A stretch of DNA of 52,258 bases, taken from positions 1-52,258 of the IMG/VR virus record IMGVR_UViG_3300018412_000021. The stretch is one strand, 5' to 3'. Of the stretch, positions 46,068-52,258 are shown in pieces. The notes below the pieces were generated by a model. That model was not told where the DNA came from. It did no database searches and worked only from the letters and a program-made list of their open reading frames with translations. The position numbers were made by a program, and so were the translations under genes. The stretch comes from a virus (lineage: Duplodnaviria; Caudoviricetes). Every line of letters begins with the position of its first letter. Position 1 is the stretch's first letter.

Positions 46068-46249
46068 TTTCTTCTCCTTTCATCCACATAGCAACCTCTG
46101 GTATCCATGTTGTAAATCCACTCACTCCATTCTCCAGTATCAAGCATGTAGCGATACCAACCAACACCATCTATCACTTCCGTTTGTGTCTTGATTGTAA
46201 TTGAGATTGTCTTAGGCTTAGGTTTGAATTGCAATACTTCACCCATCAT
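46064..46249 (-). CDS. Hypothetical protein
   Basis: MGEVLQFKPK start; AGGAGG RBS. Confidence 0.55.
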   Translation of the reverse strand: MMGEVLQFKPKPKTISITIKTQTEVIDGVGWYRYMLDTGEWSEWIYNMDTRGCYVDERRRK

Positions 46250-46256
46250 TTCCCTC

Positions 46257-46559
46257 CTACGGGTATTTAATGTACTCCGTCTCAACCACCCGTTTTGAGC
46301 TAGGCTCAAAAGACTTGATATATTCGTCAATGATAGACATTGCCCAGAAAATGTCAGTGGAGTCCCCTTCTACTTCCGTGTAGCGTATTGTTATGAGGGG
46401 TTCTTTACTGCGAAGAATACTTAAACCACCCCAGTCGCTGAAATTGTACCACTCTCCCCAACAACGGTGCTGGGGGATATAGCGAACTCCTCCGTCAGCT
46501 TGGGTAATTTTCTTAATTCGTGTCTTAGCTGGACAATTGACTCCTAAAAGTTTAATCAC
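46257..46559 (-). CDS. Hypothetical protein (apparent paralog of 44259-44552)
   Basis: GTG start after GGAGG; ends IKYP. Confidence 0.6.
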   Translation of the reverse strand: MIKLLGVNCPAKTRIKKITQADGGVRYIPQHRCWGEWYNFSDWGGLSILRSKEPLITIRYTEVEGDSTDIFWAMSIIDEYIKSFEPSSKRVVETEYIKYP

Positions 46560-46743
46560 TCTCGTTTCCCTCCACATAACTGTCATGGTCTGTCCCAAGT
46601 TTGAAGTAATGTAGCTCTCCCGTGTCCGGGTTTACCACTTCAACAAAATAGGCACTGTCAATGTAGTTTTCTGTCTTTTCGTGTTGATAGCGTTTGTATT
46701 CAGACGGTTTGTATAGTTTTACAACATTACTCGGTACAAGCAT
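46552..46743 (-). CDS. Hypothetical protein
   Basis: GAGG RBS. Confidence 0.55.
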   Translation of the reverse strand: MLVPSNVVKLYKPSEYKRYQHEKTENYIDSAYFVEVVNPDTGELHYFKLGTDHDSYVEGNESD

Positions 46744-46744
46744 A

Positions 46745-46939
46745 TCAACCCCTCTTACCTAGTTCATCACAAAGATCAGGCAAATGATCCATGTTTGTGA
46801 GAATCAATATGTCATCAGGATAGGCAATCTTTGTTATCTCAATGTGACGCAGTGGTGTTCCGCTGTCAATATTAGTGATCACACCCAAGGGACATTCACT
46901 TAGCCATTTATCCAGCTTCCTCTTTTCTGTCTTATTCAT
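46745..46939 (-). CDS. Hypothetical protein
   Basis: Operonic ORF. Confidence 0.55.
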   Translation of the reverse strand: MNKTEKRKLDKWLSECPLGVITNIDSGTPLRHIEITKIAYPDDILILTNMDHLPDLCDELGKRG

Positions 46940-47486
46940 CTTTCATCCCACCTATCTCGAAACTATTGAAGCTGTATTCACCCTCAACAACAACCCACTC
47001 CAAAGTGAACACCTTGCTGTTGAACAACACTTTCTGTGTTACATAGGTAATCTCCCTGCATCCAGATGCCGCCTTACTGCCTGTCATTTTTAATGACTCT
47101 TGATCTGTTGACAGTAATGTACACCACCCCTGCTTTATTGCAACTTGAAAATAACCCCAATCTTGAAAAGGAAAACAATTTTCATCCAAAACAGGGAGGT
47201 ATTCGTGTTCGTAAGTCCACTTCACACCATCATACAACTCACCTCCATCAATACCTACAGGAATAGCCATTTCGTCTTCTGAATACTGTAGTGTGATATA
47301 CCCACCAAGAGTCAAGGCTTCCTCAAGGCTGTCTGCTATATCTCCGTAAAGATACTCAACATACCCAGCTTGTGTGAAATGCTGGTCGAACATACCGAAC
47401 GAACTGATACTGTCAAAGAATACAATAGAGGCCCCTTCTTCTGGTAAATCTTCCATACTTAGTGTGTGAATTGGTATGTATTGCAT
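46932..47486 (-). CDS. Hypothetical protein
   Basis: 184-aa ORF with a TAATG overlap. Confidence 0.6.
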   Translation of the reverse strand: MQYIPIHTLSMEDLPEEGASIVFFDSISSFGMFDQHFTQAGYVEYLYGDIADSLEEALTLGGYITLQYSEDEMAIPVGIDGGELYDGVKWTYEHEYLPVLDENCFPFQDWGYFQVAIKQGWCTLLSTDQESLKMTGSKAASGCREITYVTQKVLFNSKVFTLEWVVVEGEYSFNSFEIGGMKDE

Positions 47487-48073
47487 TACTCCCCCTCCTT
47501 CCGATTCTGGTGGTGTATCGAAAACTCCCCGTGCATTTCTATAGACGCTGCGATGTATGCTGACTCCGCCTCATCTCTCGTGCCGAACGAGCCAAGGTAT
47601 TTATATTCACCATTAACCGTTATCTGAGCTCTCCATTTGCTCCTTCTTTTTTCCCAACTTACTCCCTTTATGCCAGACGAATTTCTTTTCCCCGGCAGTT
47701 TATTCATTTCATTCTCGCTCCGAGTTGCCTCCCTCAGATTCTCGGGCCTGTTATCCAAGGTATCTCCATTTATATGGTCGATCTCCATCTCCGGCCACCT
47801 CCCGTGAGTCATCGCCCAGATTACCGTGTGGGCGCACAGCGAGTGATATAGAACACTTCCGGCTCGATATCCATGCACGTTTATTGACGCTAGAGCTTCT
47901 TTTCCAGAGAATCCGGCGTTCCAGCTCCTGCATACGTCAACCCTGCTTACTTTTGAGCTATCTTTAAAATGCTCTGGCTTCCTAGGCTTCCAGAAAAGCC
48001 TTCCGGTGGCGGAATCGAGGCGGAGGAGATCATTAAGCTGATCACAGCTAGGCCAGTTTTTATTTTTCCCCAT
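47486..48073 (-). CDS. HNH homing endonuclease with C-terminal AP2 DNA-binding domain
   Basis: AH.VIWAM.HG.WP..EIDHING..LDNR.ENLRE; SGIKGVSW...KWRAQI...YLGSF. Confidence 0.9.
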   Translation of the reverse strand: MGKNKNWPSCDQLNDLLRLDSATGRLFWKPRKPEHFKDSSKVSRVDVCRSWNAGFSGKEALASINVHGYRAGSVLYHSLCAHTVIWAMTHGRWPEMEIDHINGDTLDNRPENLREATRSENEMNKLPGKRNSSGIKGVSWEKRRSKWRAQITVNGEYKYLGSFGTRDEAESAYIAASIEMHGEFSIHHQNRKEGE

Positions 48074-48347
48074 CGTTACCCATCCATGCGGCGAGGGCGT
48101 CACGGGCAATCAGGTGAGGTATGCGGGTCAGCGCGATCAGGTCGTTTTGAGTTGTCACCATAAGCTCCAACGCCTCCACCAGACCACTAACGTCAGGGGC
48201 GGGCTGGGCTGCATCCATAGCGGATTTGATGACTCGCTCCAGTTCGTCGGCTTCAAGGTGATAGCTGCCGTCTTCAAGGCCGCCCAGCTCAAACGCAAGC
48301 TGCATCGCTTCGACCGGCTCCGCCACCCATTCTTCTTTCTTATCCAT
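48060..48347 (-). CDS. Hypothetical protein of GC-rich origin
   Basis: GGAGG RBS; AAQPAPDVSGLVEALE motif. Confidence 0.6.
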   Translation of the reverse strand: MDKKEEWVAEPVEAMQLAFELGGLEDGSYHLEADELERVIKSAMDAAQPAPDVSGLVEALELMVTTQNDLIALTRIPHLIARDALAAWMGNDGEK

Positions 48348-48429
48348 CTCACTACCTCCACTAATATCAATTAAAACTGATTGTTCGTTTACCTACAGCA
48401 TGTAATTAGCTGCTTTAACCACCCACCAT

Positions 48430-48458
48430 AGGCTACCCTACTAGGTAGGTGTTGTCAA
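48430..48458 (-). promoter_or_regulatory. sigma70-like promoter overlapped by the GCTACCCTA motif
   Basis: TTGACA-N17-TAGCCT. Confidence 0.5.
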
Positions 48459-48463
48459 CAGTT

Positions 48464-48850
48464 TTAAGCCTTGTTTTTAGCACTCTTTTGTTCCTCTACT
48501 AACTCGTCTATGTATTCTAAGGCTAGTCCTACTACAGCTTTTGCATTGTATTCAGGGTTTAAGGACACCAATTCATTCAAAGATTTACACCCCATAGCCT
48601 CTACATACTCCTTAACGTCCATTCCCATTGTTTTGAATAGCCGTTTGATGTGTTTGGTTTCTGTAGCTGGAGCATACCAGACAGGCAGGCGTATGTTGTA
48701 CTTAGAAGCTAAATATTGCCAATGAGGTTCATCGGGGTATGAAGTACGTAGATTGTCTTCAGCCCACTTCTTCTTTCGTTCTCTGCTCTCTGCTGCTTGT
48801 TGCTGCATTCGTTCTCTGTCTTCAGCAGACAGAGTTGGTAAGTTGTTCAT
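48464..48850 (-). CDS. Hypothetical protein
   Basis: AAGGAGG RBS; ATGA overlap. Confidence 0.65.
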   Translation of the reverse strand: MNNLPTLSAEDRERMQQQAAESRERKKKWAEDNLRTSYPDEPHWQYLASKYNIRLPVWYAPATETKHIKRLFKTMGMDVKEYVEAMGCKSLNELVSLNPEYNAKAVVGLALEYIDELVEEQKSAKNKA

Positions 48851-49044
48851 CCTTCCTCCTTTACAATCACTTCGTAACAAGTGGGGTGGTTGCAACGGTA
48901 TTGATCCCATTTGTCTATAAATTCAATATCTGTACAAACGCCACTATTACAGTTCTCAGACATAACCACAAACATACCATAGTCTTCTGCTGGAATCAAG
49001 TACCAATGGCAGTCGTCGTCTTGTACAAACCGTTTAGTGTTCAT
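48847..49044 (-). CDS. Hypothetical protein
   Basis: RFVQDDDCHWYLIP motif. Confidence 0.6.
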   Translation of the reverse strand: MNTKRFVQDDDCHWYLIPAEDYGMFVVMSENCNSGVCTDIEFIDKWDQYRCNHPTCYEVIVKEEG

Positions 49045-49322
49045 GGCTGTAAATCCCTCTTCATAATATCTAATGTTTGTTTGTGCCGTTCACAAAAGCT
49101 GTAAGTAGTGTAAGCCTCTTCCTCCCCGCAAAGTTCACAAGGAGCTTCCCACTCTCCTACACTTTGATAGAGTTGAGCAAGAGTAGATCGAGCTTTGCTT
49201 ATTAGTTTCTGGTGTTTCTTCTCTTGTATACCCGGATGATCAACAAGCAGTACGCTAATCATCTCTTGGATTGAATGTATCCGGTCTAGTGCCTCGTGTT
49301 GATACCAAATTGATTGTGTCAT
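49041..49322 (-). CDS. Hypothetical protein with C-terminal CxxC..CxxH
   Basis: HEALDR motif and Zn-finger-like tail. Confidence 0.6.
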   Translation of the reverse strand: MTQSIWYQHEALDRIHSIQEMISVLLVDHPGIQEKKHQKLISKARSTLAQLYQSVGEWEAPCELCGEEEAYTTYSFCERHKQTLDIMKRDLQP

Positions 49323-49585
49323 TTGTACTTCACTCCTGCTTTGTCAAGGACTTGTCGCATATTATCCGGATGGATTACTTCGTAAAACTGACCGGAAAAC
49401 TCATCAAAGTATTCATCAACTAGCAACTCCAAACATAACAACTCACGAGAACATTTAAACGCCTCGTAAGAGTGTGCCCTATACATCATAGCTGATTGTT
49501 CACCATTCTGGGCATCCCTCCATGTGTTTGGAAACCTGTTCTTAAACCACTCCTCAAACTCAGTCTGTACAAACTTCTTAAACAT
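49319..49585 (-). CDS. Hypothetical protein
   Basis: GGAGG RBS. Confidence 0.6.
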   Translation of the reverse strand: MFKKFVQTEFEEWFKNRFPNTWRDAQNGEQSAMMYRAHSYEAFKCSRELLCLELLVDEYFDEFSGQFYEVIHPDNMRQVLDKAGVKYK

Positions 49586-49988
49586 TAAATTCCTCCGTCA
49601 GTATCTCTTCACAATTACTAAAGCGACTGTAGCAATTTAACCGTCCTACATCAACATATGCCTCACCCCATGAGTAGAAATCCCTCTCTCTTACAGTCTC
49701 AGGAATCTCGAATATTTCTCCTGTAGATTGACACCTGAAGCGTTTCCCAACCCACTCACACTTGAATTTATACTGGTGCTTCCATGTGTGTTTGCTTTCA
49801 TCGAGAGGAAACCCCCACAGACTCTGTAGTTGGTACTCATACTCCTCAATTGCATCATGTACGGACTGATTAAACACACCAAGATTAGCCCGAGACATCA
49901 AATCGTGTAATCGTTCGTGAATACGATCAATCTCAACTCGTTCTTCTTGGCTAATACCCAATTCGTCAGCTAGTTGTTTGTTGTGCAT
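49578..49988 (-). CDS. Hypothetical phage protein
   Basis: EYQLQSLWGFPLDESKHTW motif. Confidence 0.65.
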   Translation of the reverse strand: MHNKQLADELGISQEERVEIDRIHERLHDLMSRANLGVFNQSVHDAIEEYEYQLQSLWGFPLDESKHTWKHQYKFKCEWVGKRFRCQSTGEIFEIPETVRERDFYSWGEAYVDVGRLNCYSRFSNCEEILTEEFNV

Positions 49989-50188
49989 TCAATCCTCCCA
50001 CACAACATCGTAACTGTAAAGTATTTCAGACAGCTTATAGACAGACCAACCTTCCCACCCTCTACCTACAATTTCAAAAAATACACCATCTTTGTTCATT
50101 GCTAACATACCCCTCGGTTTGTATTCTGTACCCGCCTTTGATTGGTCACGGTAGTCTTTTGGTAAAACACCTTAAACTTTTTACGCAT
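49989..50188 (-). pseudogene. Small gene needing a -1 frameshift near 50160
   Basis: MRKKFKVFY in frame 0, then KDYRDQSKAGTEYKPRGMLAMNKDGVFF...YDVVWED* in the -1 frame; GAGGAGG RBS. Confidence 0.5.
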
Positions 50189-50258
50189 TCTTAACAGCCT
50201 CCTCAAGAGCTTCTCCGAAACTACAACCTCCATCATAGTATTTCAGGAGGAACTCACG

Positions 50259-50534
50259 TCAAGGAATCTCCTTTTTAAGATTAAAGAACATTGTGACTGT
50301 GTTTCCACACCCGTCGTTTGCGTTTGGTACAACTAAATATCCGTCCCACTCTTCTGTACCGTGATAGTATTCTACAGAATATGTTTCCCCGTCGCGATCA
50401 TCTAGGTCTTCTACACAGTTGCCCGTATTCCAACGGATTTCATTTTGCGTCCTGAACCAAAAGTGGTCAATCACCTCAACATTCATTTCCACAGGACATG
50501 ATTCAATCACCTCTTTCAGTTTAGCTACACTCAT
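50259..50534 (-). CDS. Hypothetical acidic protein
   Basis: AAGGAGG RBS before ATG 50534. Confidence 0.6.
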   Translation of the reverse strand: MSVAKLKEVIESCPVEMNVEVIDHFWFRTQNEIRWNTGNCVEDLDDRDGETYSVEYYHGTEEWDGYLVVPNANDGCGNTVTMFFNLKKEIP

Positions 50535-50691
50535 TCTCGTCCTCCTTATAAACGCAATCGGGGTGGTGGGCTGTCCAAGAACAGTTGTTATCACAAAACT
50601 CATCTTCTGGGTAGATCAGTTTATAGTCTTCACCATCATCTTTCTTCTCCAACACTTTGACATTTGGTGTTGCTTCATGGTCAACTTTCAT
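50521..50691 (-). CDS. Small Cys/His protein (56 aa)
   Basis: FCDNNCSWTAHHPDC motif; AAGGAG RBS; below the ORF-track cutoff. Confidence 0.5.
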   Translation of the reverse strand: MKVDHEATPNVKVLEKKDDGEDYKLIYPEDEFCDNNCSWTAHHPDCVYKEDENECS

Positions 50692-51022
50692 AGATTCTCT
50701 CCTTGATAGTGTCTAGTGTACAACTGGGAACACGATACCCCATCTCCTTCAACTCCAGCAAAGTGAAGTACATCTCTTCGTGTGTACCAGAGAACGTCTT
50801 CCCATCACAGGGGAGGTTGATTGGTACATATTTAGCTTGTACATCATAGAAGTTTTTATGAGCCTCATAAGTAAGTTCAAACTGTTCCAGCGAAGAATAA
50901 TCAATCGGAGGAGGTGGCATAGTTAGACGTTGCTCATTTACATGAACCACCACCATGTCATCAAGCCCATCTGCTTCATAGGCATAAACATCACTCTCAT
51001 AACCCCATCGTGCGTAAGACAT
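50681..51022 (-). CDS. Hypothetical phage protein
   Basis: MSYARW..SDVYAY...L.EL..MGYRVP motif. Confidence 0.7.
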   Translation of the reverse strand: MSYARWGYESDVYAYEADGLDDMVVVHVNEQRLTMPPPPIDYSSLEQFELTYEAHKNFYDVQAKYVPINLPCDGKTFSGTHEEMYFTLLELKEMGYRVPSCTLDTIKERIYES

Positions 51023-51034
51023 TACGTCCTCCTA

Positions 51035-51907
51035 TCAAAACTCTACATTTTGGTCTGCAACAGCAATTACATTCTGAATACCGAGATCATTCCACATACG
51101 AACAACACTAGGACGATCATCAATCACTGCCACCACGTTCCAGTTTTCAGCGATATGGTCCCAGAAAATTTCTTCTTTCACAACAGTGTCTTTACGAAAA
51201 TCATCTGGTTGCCGCATGAATAAAGCATCGAAGGAGACCCCGTTTCTGGTTAACCAGTGTTCAGTTTCATCATAACAAATCCCATCTCGTCCGCTGACGA
51301 TGATAATTTGATAACCAGACCAATTCAAACCGTCAACCATATCCGCAACAACCTCACTCAGACCATCTTCCCCAACACGCTCCCAATCGAAAGGACTACG
51401 ACTTGACATTGCTGCTAGAGTACCATCTACATCCACGATAACAGCTTTTGGTTGTGATGTATCAGGAGTGTACGTTCTACGACCAACAAAGTCAAGCCAT
51501 TGCTTCCACTGTTTGTAAATAACATCCCGTCCCACACCGTTAGGACGTGCTGTGTCACGCTTCCAAGCCTCTTCCAAGGTTACAGGAAACGGCATCACTT
51601 CTACAGAGTAACCAAGGTCTTTTAGAAACTCCACCCACTTATTACGAGTCTTGGAGTTCAGGTTGGTGTCTGAGATAATTACATTCTTTCCGTCTTCAGC
51701 AGCAGACAAAACAATAACCTCTTGTTCTGAAGTAACATCGTTCTCACGCTTTTTAGTGAACTTGTAAGTGCTCCAGTCTGCCCCCGGACAAACCACATTA
51801 AAACGAATCCAATCCCTATTTGCTTCAACCCAACCTTGCTGGACAAGTTCTTGTGCATAAGTGGACTTACCTGATGCGCTAATGCCAACAGTAATAATTG
51901 CTTTCAA
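51035..51907 (-). CDS. pseT: Polynucleotide 5'-kinase/3'-phosphatase (T4 PseT-like)
   Basis: P-loop GISASGKST, NRD, SDTNL; HAD motifs DVDGTL, SGR and DDRP.V. Confidence 0.9.
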   Translation of the reverse strand: MKAIITVGISASGKSTYAQELVQQGWVEANRDWIRFNVVCPGADWSTYKFTKKRENDVTSEQEVIVLSAAEDGKNVIISDTNLNSKTRNKWVEFLKDLGYSVEVMPFPVTLEEAWKRDTARPNGVGRDVIYKQWKQWLDFVGRRTYTPDTSQPKAVIVDVDGTLAAMSSRSPFDWERVGEDGLSEVVADMVDGLNWSGYQIIIVSGRDGICYDETEHWLTRNGVSFDALFMRQPDDFRKDTVVKEEIFWDHIAENWNVVAVIDDRPSVVRMWNDLGIQNVIAVADQNVEF

Positions 51908-52257
51908 TTGATTGTCTCCTCATCAACAGCTTCACAAATCCCCTCCATCACACGGAAGGCGTAAGATTTACTCTTGTAGAATGTTGGTGTTGTCTTACCA
52001 TCATCCACTCTAACAATGATCCCCTCACTCACTTGGCTTGGGGAAATATAATCTTCAGTCAGTACGTCTGGGCGTTCTGTGAGATTTTCAACTAGGTTAC
52101 GAAGTGCTTCTACATCTCCATCATACACCACTTGCGGGTGTACTTCAACAGTACACAAAATATCTCGTTGATTACACCACTCCTCCATTTGTTTTTGGGT
52201 CATATCTACGTTCTTACCAGCATGGTTTAGGTAAGTGATGCGGTATACATGGAAACG
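51904..52257 (-). CDS. RNA ligase, C-terminal part (runs out of the window)
   Basis: Nucleotidyltransferase motif IV EGIIVR and motif V FYKSK; adjacent to PNK; the frame is open to the window end. Confidence 0.65.
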   Translation of the reverse strand, partial: RFHVYRITYLNHAGKNVDMTQKQMEEWCNQRDILCTVEVHPQVVYDGDVEALRNLVENLTERPDVLTEDYISPSQVSEGIIVRVDDGKTTPTFYKSKSYAFRVMEGICEAVDEETIN

Positions 52258-52258
52258 A

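Noticed and set aside
578-52095. Numerous short antisense or alternate-frame ORFs in the track (for example 7203-7598, 15605-15982, 26457-26798, 38857-39264, 40473-40973)
   Set aside because: They overlap well-supported genes, lack RBSs and show no recognisable motifs.
1-52258. Genome-wide TAG reassignment (genetic code 15)
   Set aside because: Long genes read through without internal TAGs, and several genes end in TAG followed by intergenic DNA or a new RBS. Only the lysozyme is interrupted.
1-52258. tRNA genes, integrase or repressor
   Set aside because: No cloverleaf with a T-loop consensus and no recombinase or CI-like ORF was seen by eye. A tRNAscan-SE run would confirm the tRNA result.

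Overview
This window is a 52-kb piece of a lytic, contractile-tailed dsDNA phage genome, probably infecting a gammaproteobacterium. The gene content resembles PAK_P1/KPP10-type Pseudomonas myoviruses, but that assignment is inference only. From left to right: (1) 1-9920 (+) holds baseplate genes, two tail fibres, a beta-helix tailspike, a SAR lysozyme interrupted by an in-frame TAG, and an amidase-holin-spanin lysis cassette. (2) 10027-30367 (-) holds nucleotide-metabolism and replication genes: nrdA split by a 232-nt group I intron, nrdB, thyX with an HNH intein, glutaredoxin, MazG-like protein, phosphoesterases, 5'-3' exonuclease, SSB, a free HNH gene that splits a small gene, family A DNA polymerase and primase-helicase. 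(3) A divergent promoter pair at about 30400-30491 is followed by a non-coding, extensively base-paired RNA of about 440 nt and a GIY-YIG/T5orf172 gene. (4) 31630-41638 (+) holds an SF1 helicase and an early region of small genes with many sigma70 promoters. (5) A convergent non-coding gap carries iteron-like repeats. (6) 42442-52258 (-) holds an SF2-like helicase, many small genes, an HNH-AP2 endonuclease, PNK and a partial RNA ligase. The strongest candidate for an undescribed element is the structured ncRNA at about 30498-30936. No tRNA, rRNA, CRISPR array or integrase was seen. All calls come from manual reading; no database searches were run.
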